The notes beneath the pieces are model-generated. The model searched no databases and was not told where the DNA came from. It worked only from the letters and a program-made list of their open reading frames with translations. 17,355 nt of DNA from an uncultured Thermococci archaeon (lineage in GTDB: Archaea > Methanobacteriota_B > Thermococci > Thermococcales > Thermococcaceae): positions 1 through 17,355 of the forward strand of contig CAZAPD010000051.1 in assembly GCA_964487115.1 (NCBI GenBank), given 5' to 3'. How positions within the stretch are numbered: position 1 is the first letter of the stretch; each line of letters starts with the position of its first letter. Of this stretch, positions 1-10,311 are shown piece by piece. A program made the position numbers and the translations under genes.

Positions 1-996
1 CTTCTCCCCAATCTCCATCAGTCTCTCATAGAGCTCATCGACCTTCTTCACAACGTCTTCAACTGTAAAGCCCTTCTTAACGGCCAGCCACGTAGCTCCT
101 CCAGCTCCAACTCCCTCCTTTACATAGCCTCTCTCATAATCCTTTAGCCCCTTGAATTTGCTTCTTGAGAAATCCAAGTCTGCTGAGTAAAATATTATCC
201 CAATCTCCTTTGCAGTGTCTCTAAAGGTGGAGCTTTTGTCATTCACGACCCACTTTGTTGTAGCTATCATGAGTCTGTCCAAATCTTCGCCCATGGATTT
301 GAGTAGAGCAGCTATTGCCAGCATCTGAGTTCCGCCAGCTAAAACAACCTCGCCTTTAAATCCCTGAGAAATTCCGATTACAGCTGCCATCATTGGGTCT
401 CCAAACTCTTCTAATGCTCTTAACGGCTCATCTGCAAATCCACCTTTTTCAATGCCAGCTCTCTTGAAGCCTTCCATGATTACCTGCTCCTTCAAGCTTT
501 GTGGGTTGTTTGGAGCCGCTGAGCTTGTTCTTGCATCATATCCCAGAGCCCAAAGAACAGCTTGAGCTGTTGTAGTTCCTCCTGGTGTGGATTCACCAAT
601 CACAATTTCTTTCAAGCCGAGCTTGTTCAGTTGCTCTCCAAAGAGCTTTGCCTTTTCGATTATCTCCTCTGCCTCTGGGAGAGCCCTTTGTTTCCTGAAG
701 TCCTTCCCCACGGCATCGCTTATGTGCACATGGGGAACGAGAGGTGCTAAATAGGTTCCACCTCTAACGATAATTATCGGAAAATCAGCCAGTTCCTTAG
801 CGGCTTTTGTAATTATAGCCGGTGTTGGGTGTCCTTCGGGGGTTACGGGTATGACATCAATTATTTTAGGCTTCTCATAGAAGAGATACTCGGCATCTGC
901 CGGGGGCGTTAGTTTCGTTAATTCTGGAGTTGCTCCGGCGACGCTTATTCCGGGGATTGTGCTTATCTCCGTATTGCCCAAAACTACAAGCATCAT
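1..996 (-). CDS. cobT: Archaeal nicotinate-nucleotide:lower-ligand-base phosphoribosyltransferase CobT (stop lies just beyond the left edge)
   Basis: Not in the ORF track. Manual translation from ATG 996 (RBS GGTGG) gives [39 protein letters not shown]..., later [19 protein letters not shown] and [10 protein letters not shown]; frame open to position 1; cob gene context. Confidence 0.9.
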   Translation of the reverse strand, partial: MMLVVLGNTEISTIPGISVAGATPELTKLTPPADAEYLFYEKPKIIDVIPVTPEGHPTPAIITKAAKELADFPIIIVRGGTYLAPLVPHVHISDAVGKDFRKQRALPEAEEIIEKAKLFGEQLNKLGLKEIVIGESTPGGTTTAQAVLWALGYDARTSSAAPNNPQSLKEQVIMEGFKRAGIEKGGFADEPLRALEEFGDPMMAAVIGISQGFKGEVVLAGGTQMLAIAALLKSMGEDLDRLMIATTKWVVNDKSSTFRDTAKEIGIIFYSADLDFSRSKFKGLKDYERGYVKEGVGAGGATWLAVKKGFTVEDVVKKVDELYERLMEIGEK

Positions 997-1008
997 AGAT
1001 ACCACCTC

Positions 1009-1023
1009 TGGCAATTTTATCCA
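1009..1023. promoter_or_regulatory. Candidate operator site 1 (TGGCAATTTTATCCA) upstream of cobT
   Basis: Imperfect match to TGGAT-N5-ATCCA, directly next to the cobT RBS. Confidence 0.55.
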
Positions 1024-1028
1024 ATAGA

Positions 1029-1040
1029 TTTATATATTAT
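1029..1040. promoter_or_regulatory. TATA box region of the divergent cobT/btuF promoter
   Basis: TTTATATATTAT near the middle of the 997-1083 intergenic region. Confidence 0.55.
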
Positions 1041-1057
1041 TCGCCCCCTATCATTGA

Positions 1058-1072
1058 TGGATAAATAATCCA
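1058..1072. promoter_or_regulatory. Candidate operator site 2 (TGGATAAATAATCCA) upstream of btuF
   Basis: Perfect TGGAT-N5-ATCCA inverted repeat abutting the RBS GGGTGG. Confidence 0.65.
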
Positions 1073-1083
1073 GGGTGGTCAGG

Positions 1084-2958
1084 ATGAAAAAGGCGGCTTT
1101 GCTGCTTATCCTTCTAATGTTTGGTGTTGTCTTTGCATCAGGATGCATAGGCTCAAAAGCTACGGAGACTTCAAGTTCCAGTCCCACTCATACCCCTGTA
1201 TCGAGTTCCACTTCTGTCCCTACCCTAACTCCCACAAACTCTCAACCCACACTTTCCAAGACCTCAACCTCCTCAACAGAAGCACCAAAATATCCCCTGA
1301 CAATAACGGATTTCGCAAACAGGAAAGTTACAATTAAAAAACAGCCTGAGAGGATAGTTTCTTTAGCTCCAAGCATCACAGAAACCCTTTACTTCCTCGG
1401 TGCCCTTGACAGGGTTGTCGGTGTAACTCAGTTCGATGATTATCCTGCGGATGTTAAGAAAGGGAGAACCATCGTTGGTGGCTTCAGCAACCCGAATATT
1501 GAGGTTATTGCATCCCTCAAACCTGATCTGATAATAGCAACCTCAATGGACATGAAGTACCTCGATCAACTCCAGCAAATTGCTCCTGTTATTGTCATTG
1601 ACCCAAAGAACATAGAGGATATTTATACCTCTATCGAACTCCTCGGAAAAGTTCTCGGGAAGGAGGAACAGGCAAAAAAAGTTGTCAATGACATGAAAAC
1701 AAAAATCAATGAGATTTCCTCCAGAGTAAAGGCTCTTTCAAGACCCAAGGTTTTCTATATCGTATGGAACAATCCACTTATGACGGCTGGAGCAAACACT
1801 TTCATCAACGATCTAATCAGGTTAGCAGGTGGAGAAAATATCTTCAGTGATGTTAAAGGCTGGAAGTCCGTCAGCATGGAGCAGGTATTGGCCAGAAATC
1901 CTGACATAATAATTCTCACACCACACTGTGGAATGAGTGTTAATGATGTGTATAAAAGCGAATTGGCTCAGACAAATGCAGCCAAAAATGGTAAAGTCAT
2001 CATGATTGAAAACGAGAACGTTCTGGTGAGACCCTCCCCGAGAATCGTTGAAGGCTTGGAGGAGCTTGCCAAGGCTATTCATCCTGAAGCATTTGGAGGA
2101 AAATATCCCCTGACGATTACAGACTTTGAGGGAAGGAAGGTCACGATAAAAAGCGAACCGCAGAGAATAGTATCCCTCGCCCCAAGTATAACCGAAACCC
2201 TGTTCTACATCGGCGCTGGCAATAAGGTAGTTGGTGTAACGACATTCGATGACTATCCACCACAGGTGAAAAATATAACTAAAATCGGGGGTTTCAGCAA
2301 CCCGAATATTGAGGTTATTGCGTCCCTCAAACCTGATCTGATAATAGGAACATCCATGCATCTCAGGTTCCTTAACCAGCTTCAGCAGATTGCTCCGGTT
2401 ATAATAGTCGACCCTAAGAACATGGAGGGCATATACAAACAGATTGAACTTTTAGGTGAAGTTACTAACAGAGAAGAGTATGCTCAAAGCGTTGTTGAAC
2501 AGATGAAGACCAAAGTGGCAGAGATAACTTCGATGGTTAAAAACCAGACAAAGCCGAAAGTGCTGTTCATTACATGGTGGAATCCAATATATGTTCCAGG
2601 AAACGGCACATTCCAGGGAGAGCTCATTGAGTTAGCAGGAGGCAGGAACATATTCTCTGACCTGAAGGGATGGGCTCAGGTTAGTATGGAGCAGATTCTG
2701 GCGAGGAATCCGGATATTATAATCCTCTCAGCCCATGCAGGGATAAGCGCAGAGGATCTCTGCAACACCCAACTGGTTCAGACAAATGCCATGAAGAACG
2801 GGAGAGTATTCACCGTGAGCGACGATAATCTCATATCCAGACCCGGACCTCGGATAGTCTATGGCCTTCAGGAGCTCGCTGAGTTTATCCATCCCAAGCT
2901 GTTTAAGTACAATTTCCAGCCTCTGAAGTGTAATGCGACGGCATCCACTTCTGGCTGA
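1084..2958 (+). CDS. btuF: Cobalamin ABC transporter substrate-binding lipoprotein with two tandem BtuF-like domains
   Basis: Signal peptide and lipobox VVFASGC, S/T/P-rich linker, two copies of YPLTITDF...RIVSLAPSITETL...NIEVIASLKPDLII...RP(S/G)PRIV.GL.ELA..IHP; ATG 1084 follows the RBS; flanked by cobT and cobQ. Substrate is inferred from context. Confidence 0.85.
   Translation: MKKAALLLILLMFGVVFASGCIGSKATETSSSSPTHTPVSSSTSVPTLTPTNSQPTLSKTSTSSTEAPKYPLTITDFANRKVTIKKQPERIVSLAPSITETLYFLGALDRVVGVTQFDDYPADVKKGRTIVGGFSNPNIEVIASLKPDLIIATSMDMKYLDQLQQIAPVIVIDPKNIEDIYTSIELLGKVLGKEEQAKKVVNDMKTKINEISSRVKALSRPKVFYIVWNNPLMTAGANTFINDLIRLAGGENIFSDVKGWKSVSMEQVLARNPDIIILTPHCGMSVNDVYKSELAQTNAAKNGKVIMIENENVLVRPSPRIVEGLEELAKAIHPEAFGGKYPLTITDFEGRKVTIKSEPQRIVSLAPSITETLFYIGAGNKVVGVTTFDDYPPQVKNITKIGGFSNPNIEVIASLKPDLIIGTSMHLRFLNQLQQIAPVIIVDPKNMEGIYKQIELLGEVTNREEYAQSVVEQMKTKVAEITSMVKNQTKPKVLFITWWNPIYVPGNGTFQGELIELAGGRNIFSDLKGWAQVSMEQILARNPDIIILSAHAGISAEDLCNTQLVQTNAMKNGRVFTVSDDNLISRPGPRIVYGLQELAEFIHPKLFKYNFQPLKCNATASTSG
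1483..1537 (+). repeat. 55-bp near-identical intragenic repeat, copy 1 (copy 2 at 2293-2347)
   Basis: 54/55 identical, offset 810 nt (270 codons). Confidence 0.9.
2293..2347 (+). repeat. 55-bp near-identical intragenic repeat, copy 2
   Basis: Matches 1483-1537 except one synonymous GCA/GCG difference. Confidence 0.9.
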
Positions 2959-2961
2959 ATA

Positions 2962-2981
2962 TTTTTCTTTTATCTTTTTAT
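2962..2981 (+). terminator. Oligo-T terminator after btuF
   Basis: TTTTTCTTTTATCTTTTTT run right after the stop codon. Confidence 0.55.
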
Positions 2982-3077
2982 CAGCCGTGAAGCCTTGAGC
3001 AATATATTCAAAGGCGGAGGATTTATATTTCAAAAACCTCATAGCAGGCAGCAGTATTTACCTGATGGTGGGGAAAT

Positions 3078-3331
3078 ATGAATAAACTGGAAGCCCTAAC
3101 AGGGCCCATAGAGCTTGGAGAAGTAGTTACAATTCAAGAAGCCCCTGATAATCTCTCCCCTCTCCTAAAGCCAAGCTGGAAGACATCAAAAAAGAGAGGG
3201 TATGAGAAAATCATTGAAGTCAACAACAGGGAGATTCAAAAGATTGCCAATCTCAACATATGTAACCTGCTGGCTTCTTTTACGAAATCTGGAATGATGC
3301 TCTGAAGTTCTTGGAAGATATCAAACTGTGA
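3078..3331 (+). pseudogene. Probable degraded gene remnant, possibly PIN/toxin-antitoxin derived
   Basis: 75-aa ORF with RBS GGTGG; a shifted frame 3266-3331 reads [21 protein letters not shown], so the join IIEVNNREIQKIANLNI/PAGF loosely resembles a PIN-domain C-terminus. Confidence 0.3.
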
Positions 3332-3347
3332 AAGTTGGGTGATTGTA

Positions 3348-4796
3348 ATGGGAAAGGCTTTAATGATTCAGGGGACTTCCTCTGGAGCTGGGAAGTCTCT
3401 CCTGACATTGGCTTTGTGCAGAATCCTTTCTAACCTTGGCTATGACGTTGTTCCCTTCAAAAGCCAGAACATGAGTCTAAATTCGGCTCCAAGTGTAGAA
3501 GGAGGGGAAATTAGCAGAGCACAGTATTTGCAGGCTTTGGCATGCAGAAAGATGCCCTCAATAAAGTTCAATCCAATTTTGCTCAAGCCAGAGGGAAACA
3601 TGAGAAGTCAGATAGTTTTCATGGGAAAACAGATTGGAAGTGTCTCCCCTCGTGAATACATGCTCTCCAAGAAGGAGAAACTCTTTTCAAAGGCCATGGA
3701 AGTCTTGGATGAGCTTTTGGAAAAACACGACATCGTCGTAATCGAAGGGGCCGGCTCTCCGGTAGAGATTAACCTCAAGGATTATGACATTGCAAACATG
3801 CGTGTTGCTAAGCACGCCAACGCTAAGATCATTTTAGTCACGGATATAGATCGAGGAGGTAGTTTTGCCTCAATAGTCGGTACAATGGAATTATTAAGCA
3901 GGGAAGAACGAGAACTCGTAATGGGTTTCGTTTTCAACAAATTCCGCGGTGATGCTTCTCTTCTTGAGCCCGGCTTTGAGTATCTGGAGCAGAGGTACGG
4001 GAAGAAAGTTCTGGGTGTAGTGCCATACACGGAACACAAAATTCCAGAAGAGGATTCTCTTATTAGCTTTCCAAAGGTTAAGAGTGAACTGCACATTCAA
4101 ATTGTTAAACTCCCGCACATAAGCAACTTTACGGATTTTGAACCTCTCCACTGGGCGAATGGAGTTGACTACGTGAGCAACGCCGAAGAAATTAAGGGCG
4201 ATGTTATAATCATCCCGGGGAGCAAAAACACCGTTGAAGACCTGCTCTGGATGAGAAAAAATGGTATTGAAGATGCAATACTTGAGGCACATAAAGATGG
4301 AGCATTCGTTGTAGGAATCTGCGGCGGCTTCCAGATGCTCGGGGAGAAAATTATTGACAACATAGAATCAAAGCGTGGTGAGGTTAAAGGCATTGGTCTG
4401 CTGGAGGCTAAAACAGTATTTGCTGAGACCAAAAGAACGAACCATTTGAAGGCTGAAATCCTATGGGGACCGGTACGGGGGTTAAATGTTGAAGGTTATG
4501 AGATTAGGATGGGACGCTCCCTATCAGAAAAGCCATTTTCGGTAATCCATGAAATAAACGGAACCAAGGCTTTTGAGTATGAGGGGGCCATAAGCGAGAA
4601 GGCTTTTGGCACTTACCTTCACGGAATTTTCCATAACTTTGAATTTACGGAGCAATTTTTGAACATGCTTCGCTTGGAGAAAGGCCTTGAACCAATAAGT
4701 GTGAGCAGATGGAGCATTGAGGAGGAAATTGAGCGGTTTGCAAAGATTGTCACAGAAAATATTGATGTTGACTACATCCTGCGGAACCTCACCTGA
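3348..4796 (+). CDS. cobQ: Cobyric acid synthase CobQ/CbiP
   Basis: [65 protein letters not shown] 3348 after GGTGA. Confidence 0.96.
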   Translation: MGKALMIQGTSSGAGKSLLTLALCRILSNLGYDVVPFKSQNMSLNSAPSVEGGEISRAQYLQALACRKMPSIKFNPILLKPEGNMRSQIVFMGKQIGSVSPREYMLSKKEKLFSKAMEVLDELLEKHDIVVIEGAGSPVEINLKDYDIANMRVAKHANAKIILVTDIDRGGSFASIVGTMELLSREERELVMGFVFNKFRGDASLLEPGFEYLEQRYGKKVLGVVPYTEHKIPEEDSLISFPKVKSELHIQIVKLPHISNFTDFEPLHWANGVDYVSNAEEIKGDVIIIPGSKNTVEDLLWMRKNGIEDAILEAHKDGAFVVGICGGFQMLGEKIIDNIESKRGEVKGIGLLEAKTVFAETKRTNHLKAEILWGPVRGLNVEGYEIRMGRSLSEKPFSVIHEINGTKAFEYEGAISEKAFGTYLHGIFHNFEFTEQFLNMLRLEKGLEPISVSRWSIEEEIERFAKIVTENIDVDYILRNLT

Positions 4797-5922
4797 GCAT
4801 AACCTTAAGCTTTCTCATAACCTCTTTGTATGGAATTTTGCCTTTTTTCATTAGTACGACGTTGTGAATCCTCTTGAGCTTGCCTGCAAACAGCTCATCC
4901 TGTGCTATTAAGAGCAGAGGCACCCTGAGCTGGGAGAGCTTTTCCATTTTTGCCCTCAAATAGTCCTCAGTCCAGAAGCCGGCGATTTCAACATAAGCCT
5001 CTTTACCATTTTTTCGTACGAGGAAGTCCGGAATATATGCGTAATTCCCGGCTTTTAAAACACCCGGTTCCCTGATGACCTCTGCCCCAAGCAGGAACTT
5101 TATCTTTGCTGCAAACTGCCTCTCAAGTGAAGAATCATACTCAATCTGCTCCTCAATCTCGGGTAGCATCACCTCATCGGAGCTTGAGAGCTCAAAGAAG
5201 TACATTCGCTTTGAATGCTCATCAAGTATCTCGGCTCTCATAAACCACTCCTCAGCTTTCACAATTTCGGGGATAAGCTTTGCCATTGAAACTCCATACT
5301 TCCGAGTTAGCTTGAGTATTGAAGCCGGCCCGGTTATTTCGATGATCTCATCCTGAATTTGATACATCAACCCAAGAAGCTTTATTTTTCTAAAAATCCG
5401 TTGATAATTTGAGGAAACCTTAAAACCAATTCTCAAGGAGGAGAACATAAGCGTCTGCAGGAGCGATAAATTATACTGCCGTATAAGCTCCTCTGGCGTT
5501 AGATGAGGAGCCTCTGTGAGAATCTTTTCCTCTTCCCTATCAGCAAACACAGCCTTCTCTATCTCGGCAACCGAAACGCCAAAGTGCTCCGATGCCTCCT
5601 GCAGGATTTTCAATCTTTCAAAATCGTTAGTAACGTAGCCCCTTCCAAAGAGAAACCTTCTAACTTCCATGGGATTGAGATTCGTTGGCATGTTAAACTC
5701 ACTCTGTCTCTCAAGTATTCTCGCAAATCCTCTGACCTTTCTGTAGTTGCTCGCTTTTTCCATGTGGCTTATTTTTTCCAAAAGCTCTCTGTAGCTCTGC
5801 CCAATGCTGGATTTAAATGTTGCTATAAGAGCTTTGGCTAATTTTAAGTGCTCTTCTCCCGCAAATTTTAGATATATTTTTCCTCTTGCTCTGTGTGCAT
5901 CAAGCAGTTCCTTTGGGAGCAT
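4789..5922 (-). CDS. bax1: DUF790 family (Bax1-like) endonuclease
   Basis: Likely start MLPKELL at 5922; [35 protein letters not shown]...[13 protein letters not shown] (PD-(D/E)xK-like); adjacent to an XPB helicase. Confidence 0.85.
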   Translation of the reverse strand: MLPKELLDAHRARGKIYLKFAGEEHLKLAKALIATFKSSIGQSYRELLEKISHMEKASNYRKVRGFARILERQSEFNMPTNLNPMEVRRFLFGRGYVTNDFERLKILQEASEHFGVSVAEIEKAVFADREEEKILTEAPHLTPEELIRQYNLSLLQTLMFSSLRIGFKVSSNYQRIFRKIKLLGLMYQIQDEIIEITGPASILKLTRKYGVSMAKLIPEIVKAEEWFMRAEILDEHSKRMYFFELSSSDEVMLPEIEEQIEYDSSLERQFAAKIKFLLGAEVIREPGVLKAGNYAYIPDFLVRKNGKEAYVEIAGFWTEDYLRAKMEKLSQLRVPLLLIAQDELFAGKLKRIHNVVLMKKGKIPYKEVMRKLKVMLR

Positions 5923-5943
5923 GAAAGAAGTTGGAAAGGAAAG

Positions 5944-5949
5944 TTTAAA
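5944..5949. promoter_or_regulatory. Possible shared bidirectional TATA element for bax1/xpb
   Basis: Palindromic TTTAAA about 22-25 nt from both ATGs in a 51-bp gap with no clear RBS. Confidence 0.45.
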
Positions 5950-5973
5950 TGAGTTGCTGATGAGTAAAATACT

Positions 5974-7320
5974 ATGAAAGTAAGCCTCTTTTACCATAGA
6001 GGAACAGTTGTAATAAAGGGTAACGTGCATGTGCCCTTTGCGAAGTGGGACGAGAGGAGTAAAACCTACAGGGCGCTGGCCTACAAATACCGGGATATTG
6101 TGGAGTTCCTGAGACAGGAGGGAATTGATTTTGAAGATCACGTATTTGATAATGCAATTCCATCTCCCTTTTATGATGTGGAATTCGATTTTGAGCTGAG
6201 GGACTATCAAAAGGAAGCCGTGGAGAAGTTTTTAAGGTTTGGGAGAGGTGTCGTTGTTCTGCCGACTGGAGCTGGAAAAACGATAGTTGCCATGGAGATA
6301 ATAAGGCAGCTTTCAGTTTCAACCCTCATAGTGGTTCCGACTCTGGCTCTGCTCGAACAGTGGAAGGAGAGGCTTTCAATTTTTGGTGATGCAGGAGAGT
6401 TCTCCGGGAAGAAGAAGGAGCTCAGGCCTATAACCGTCACAACTTATGATTCGGCATACATAAACGCCGAACTCTTGGGAGACAAGTTCTTTCTCTTGGT
6501 TTTCGATGAATGCCACCACCTACCAAGCGAGGCCTACAGGAATATAGCTCAGATGAGTGCCGCTCCCTATCGTCTCGGTCTAACAGCTTCTCCTGAGAGA
6601 GCCGATGAGCTGCATGAACTCCTGCCAGAGCTGATTGGCGGGATTATCTACGAGAAAAATCCAGAGGAGCTCGTAGGGAAGTATCTGGCACCTTATGAAG
6701 TGATAAGGATTCACATTCCTTTGAGCAGGGAAGAGAAAGAACTCTACAAAAAGCATTACGAGAAGTTTAAGAACTATGTCAAAAGCAGGAACATTAAGTT
6801 CAGAAGCATTGGAGATTTTCAGAGAATAGTTGTGAGAACTGGAAGTGATGAAGAGGCATTCAGGGCTTTAAGAGCTTTGGAGCAGGCAAGGAGAATAGCG
6901 TTTAATTCAAAAAAGAAAGTTGAGAAGCTCAGGAAAATTCTTGAAAAGCACAGGGGAGAGAAGATAATTATATTTACAAGACACAATGACCTCGTCTATT
7001 CCATATCCAAAAAATTTCTGATTCCTGCAATAACACACAAAACCGACAAAGCTGAGAGGATGGAGATATTGAAAAAATTCAGAGAGGGCAGATACATGGC
7101 AATAGTCAGCAGTCAGGTTCTTGATGAGGGTATAGACGTTCCTGATGCCAGCGTTGGTGTTATAATAAGTGGCACAGGTTCATCAAGAGAGTTCATTCAA
7201 AGGCTTGGCAGGATTTTAAGGCCTGCTCCCGGTAAGGAGAAGGCAGTCTTATATGAGCTTGTTTCGGCAGGAACGAGTGAAGTTAGAGTCGCAAGGAGAA
7301 GATCCGGTCATCTCCATTAG
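5974..7320 (+). CDS. xpb: XPB/Rad25-like SF2 DNA helicase
   Basis: [43 protein letters not shown]-terminal [15 protein letters not shown] damage-recognition-like segment. Confidence 0.9.
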   Translation: MKVSLFYHRGTVVIKGNVHVPFAKWDERSKTYRALAYKYRDIVEFLRQEGIDFEDHVFDNAIPSPFYDVEFDFELRDYQKEAVEKFLRFGRGVVVLPTGAGKTIVAMEIIRQLSVSTLIVVPTLALLEQWKERLSIFGDAGEFSGKKKELRPITVTTYDSAYINAELLGDKFFLLVFDECHHLPSEAYRNIAQMSAAPYRLGLTASPERADELHELLPELIGGIIYEKNPEELVGKYLAPYEVIRIHIPLSREEKELYKKHYEKFKNYVKSRNIKFRSIGDFQRIVVRTGSDEEAFRALRALEQARRIAFNSKKKVEKLRKILEKHRGEKIIIFTRHNDLVYSISKKFLIPAITHKTDKAERMEILKKFREGRYMAIVSSQVLDEGIDVPDASVGVIISGTGSSREFIQRLGRILRPAPGKEKAVLYELVSAGTSEVRVARRRSGHLH

Positions 7321-7391
7321 CTGTCATTAACAGAAAAATACAACTCATGTAAGTAGAAATATTTTTAACTTTAAACGTCCCATATGAGGAC

Positions 7392-8708
7392 ATGAAACGA
7401 AGGACTGGTATTATACTAACTGTAATCCTCATGCTTTTCCTTTCGCTTACGACATCCCATATGTATTCTGAATTACACCCTTTTAGCATTCCTTCCGAAT
7501 ACATAACCCCTCTGGCGTTTTCAAATGAAACTCCCAATCTTTTCTATGTCAGGTACTTCACGAACGCTTCAAAAGTTATTGTTCTCTTTGAGAACAAAGA
7601 AAATGCTGAAAAATTTGCCTCGTTTATACAGAACAGTTCGGTTGTGATAACTTCCGATGGCATGCATGCGGATGTTCTCATGAAGCGAGAAGCTCTCGCG
7701 AAAATACTGGAGCTCGCTGATTACGCCGATGAAACTAAGCTTTCTATCGATGGCTACTGGAATCCCAGCAGGATTGAGGAGGAGTATGGGGATTTGAACT
7801 TTCTTCTGACAAACTACAGCTTTCCAGAGCCGATTAAAGATTATCTGCTGGACAGATTTAGGGAGCGGGCGGAGGACATAGACAGAATAGAGCGGGCAAA
7901 AAATTTCATGCTCACTCATAAAGGGCTTGAATTTTATGAAATCGAGCTCATAGAACCTTCGCACAGCATGGAATATCCGGATTTATCCTCAGACTTGACG
8001 GTTATCCTGCTCGCTGAAATCGCTTTGGTAATCCTTGCGGTTCTTGAGCGGGAAAGGAAGATAAGGGCGATATTCCTGATATCTTTTCTCCTCCTGACAG
8101 TTCCAACATATCAACTTCTCATGTATGAGAGGGAACTGAATAATCATGAACAGATTCTCAGCCATATAACAAGAACACCTGAAAAACACTTTAACTGGAC
8201 GTCTTATAAAAGCCTGAATGGGAGTATTGGAATCTCATGCTATGTTAGCAACATTCACGAAATAGAAAACCTGTTAGCGGCAGTTAATTCCTCGGGGATT
8301 GTTGGAATCGAACACTCGCTAAGGGGCACGTGGCTTCATATGATGTTTGTGGATGGAAATCCCCGAAGGTTTCTGCTCTTCAAGGAATGCGACATAACGA
8401 TGTACGGCTACTCCTGCACCAAAGAACCTACGGAAGAGGAACTTGAAGTTATTAACAGAACAAAGGAACTCCTGAAAGAGATTCCAGAGGATAAGAAGTA
8501 TCTCGTTGAAGATGCTCTCTCGAGTTATAACACCACTGTTAGTTCCTGCAATGAATTGTTTAATCCGGAAAGCATTCCTCCGGGAAAATACATGGTTAGC
8601 CTCACTATAACCCCTTCGGGAATTGGAGTACCCGATTTACAGCTTGTGATTCAGATGATGGCATCGGTAATAGTTATTCTGTTTTTGGTGCTTTTCTTTG
8701 TAAGGTGA
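7392..8708 (+). CDS. Hypothetical membrane protein with apparent two-repeat architecture
   Basis: 438-aa ORF with N-terminal hydrophobic helix, central pair of hydrophobic helices and C-terminal helix; no family motif recognised. Confidence 0.75.
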   Translation: MKRRTGIILTVILMLFLSLTTSHMYSELHPFSIPSEYITPLAFSNETPNLFYVRYFTNASKVIVLFENKENAEKFASFIQNSSVVITSDGMHADVLMKREALAKILELADYADETKLSIDGYWNPSRIEEEYGDLNFLLTNYSFPEPIKDYLLDRFRERAEDIDRIERAKNFMLTHKGLEFYEIELIEPSHSMEYPDLSSDLTVILLAEIALVILAVLERERKIRAIFLISFLLLTVPTYQLLMYERELNNHEQILSHITRTPEKHFNWTSYKSLNGSIGISCYVSNIHEIENLLAAVNSSGIVGIEHSLRGTWLHMMFVDGNPRRFLLFKECDITMYGYSCTKEPTEEELEVINRTKELLKEIPEDKKYLVEDALSSYNTTVSSCNELFNPESIPPGKYMVSLTITPSGIGVPDLQLVIQMMASVIVILFLVLFFVR

Positions 8709-9231
8709 AGAGCAGTCTTTCCGCTTTTTCCAGCTCTTCGGGAGTATTCACATTCAAAGCCAAGAGTGGATTGCTCAGCTCAAAAAACTCTTCTCCCCCG
8801 TGGGCAACGGCATTGAGGCCGATTATGGCATGGCCATTGTAAACGACGGGCTTTAAATCCCTGGGTACAATGCTTAGGGGTAGAACCCCGGTGAGGCTGG
8901 TTTTTCCGTCAAAGGCTTTCTTTATCATCCAAATGTCACTTGCCTTGACGAATGGAATATCCGAAGCAGAGCTTATGAATGGCCCAAATTCTCTCAAAAG
9001 CCACAGGACATCTGCGACATACCCCTTTCCGGGGGTTTCTATAAAGGGTATCCCTTCGCGGAGGCAGAGTTCTTTCGTTTTTGGCGTGTTTTTCGAGAGG
9101 GCAACAAAGGTTTCATCGATCTTTGAGGCTTGATCATATACCCACATAAGCATCTCTTTACCAGCTATTCTTAGGATGGGCTTCTCTTTACCCATGCGTG
9201 CTGATTTTCCGCCTGCTAAGATGATTATCAT
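8674..9231 (-). CDS. cobY: Adenosylcobinamide-phosphate guanylyltransferase CobY (NTP_transf_3)
   Basis: [41 protein letters not shown] 9231 overlaps the cobS stop (ATGA), RBS GGTGG. Confidence 0.9.
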   Translation of the reverse strand: MIIILAGGKSARMGKEKPILRIAGKEMLMWVYDQASKIDETFVALSKNTPKTKELCLREGIPFIETPGKGYVADVLWLLREFGPFISSASDIPFVKASDIWMIKKAFDGKTSLTGVLPLSIVPRDLKPVVYNGHAIIGLNAVAHGGEEFFELSNPLLALNVNTPEELEKAERLLFTLQRKAPKTE

Positions 9232-9923
9232 AGATACCACCAAATGAAAGTCAAAGTCAAAAGCGTCCCTGCCCTTGTTATCTCAGCCGTTGCTCCAATG
9301 CAGTCGCCGTTAATCCCTCCAAAATTATCCAGGCTGAGCTTTATGGTATGAGCTCCAGTTAAGAGCCCCAAAACCGAGAAGATGCTTTTTGGACTGTAAA
9401 CTACAGCGGGAAGGAGGAGAGCCAAATAGAGCACACTCCCGGCGAGGAGTTGTTTTTTATTCATTGCCTCCATGAAGTAAGAGCCGAGGCCTTCTCCAAG
9501 GGGCTTCTTCGTGGTCAGAGCGAGGAGCATTGCATACTTGGAATTGAGCTCCGCTAAGAAGATGGCGTAGAATGGGAGGAGCTGGAGAGAATAGATCTGG
9601 AGAAAAATAACCATCACAACGGCAAAGACTCCTGCTATGCCGGTATTTAAGTCTTTCATTGCTTTGATTTTCCTTTTCCTGTCTCCTTTGATCATGATGC
9701 CATCAGCCCAATCGGCCAAACCATCGAGATGCAGCAGTCCAATGACAAGATACAGGAGCAGGATAGCAAGCACATTTTTTAGAGGAACGTTAAGATATAG
9801 AATTAAGGAGGGTAAAGCTGATGTTATGGGTGCTAACAGGGGAAATGTCCACACTTCGTGTCGTGCATTTTCAAAATTTCCTTTGAGCGGAATCCTCGTC
9901 ATGAATGGGATGAGGTTCTTCAT
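9228..9923 (-). CDS. cobS: Cobalamin-5'-phosphate synthase CobS
   Basis: [39 protein letters not shown]; multiple TM helices; ATG 9923 after GAGGTGA. Confidence 0.95.
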   Translation of the reverse strand: MKNLIPFMTRIPLKGNFENARHEVWTFPLLAPITSALPSLILYLNVPLKNVLAILLLYLVIGLLHLDGLADWADGIMIKGDRKRKIKAMKDLNTGIAGVFAVVMVIFLQIYSLQLLPFYAIFLAELNSKYAMLLALTTKKPLGEGLGSYFMEAMNKKQLLAGSVLYLALLLPAVVYSPKSIFSVLGLLTGAHTIKLSLDNFGGINGDCIGATAEITRAGTLLTLTFIWWYL

Positions 9924-9933
9924 ATTTTCACCT

Positions 9934-9948
9934 CGGCTAATTAATCCA
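9934..9948. promoter_or_regulatory. Candidate operator site 3 (CGGCTAATTAATCCA) upstream of cobS-cobY
   Basis: 12/15 identical to site 2; abuts the cobS RBS. Confidence 0.6.
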
Positions 9949-10275
9949 ATATTAAGCAAGGCTTAAAAGCTCTCCGCTTCATTTTAGGATACTGTCAGGA
10001 TAAGCTGTGTGGGGTGTTAGGTCTAAGTTTCTAATACTACCCAGAAAGAGCTGGAACTATAAATCATAAGTATAATTAAGAGGCATCAGTTACCGTCAAA
10101 CATACTGAAACTGTACAACATTCCGAGAAACACTTCGAAAATTCGCGAGATAATAACTTTACCAGCTTTCTGTTTTGGTTCTCTGCCTGATGATATTGTC
10201 GAATGGGTTCAGGAAGTAATGCCACAGTTATCCTAATAGTGCCAATTACAGTTTGCAATACAAATTACAGGAATC

Positions 10276-10289
10276 AAAAAATTTATAAA
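10276..10289 (+). promoter_or_regulatory. BRE/TATA promoter of the peptide-radical SAM operon
   Basis: A-run followed by TTTATAAA (10282-10289), 22 nt before GTG 10312. Confidence 0.65.
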
Positions 10290-10311
10290 TCTTAAAAAAA
10301 TAATACTAACG

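Noticed and set aside
562..750. 62-aa Cys-containing ORF on +
   Set aside because: Antisense shadow of cobT with no RBS; not a precursor candidate.
997..1083. Cobalamin riboswitch upstream of btuF/cobT
   Set aside because: Intergenic region is only 87 bp and no B12-box is visible.
3018..3032. Possible fifth operator (AGGATTTATATTTCA) upstream of the cobQ region
   Set aside because: Only 7/10 arm matches and over 300 bp from cobQ; more simply a TATA box.
5923..6210. N-terminal extension of the DUF790 ORF in the track
   Set aside because: Overlaps xpb antisense; the family-like start MLPKELL is at 5922.
10187..10240. TGATGA as the C box of a C/D sRNA
   Set aside because: No CTGA D box at a suitable distance downstream.
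10076..10258. 60-aa minus-strand ORF with three Cys as an alternative precursor
   Set aside because: Opposite strand to the maturase, TTG start with no RBS; the 10312 ORF has much better promoter and positional support.
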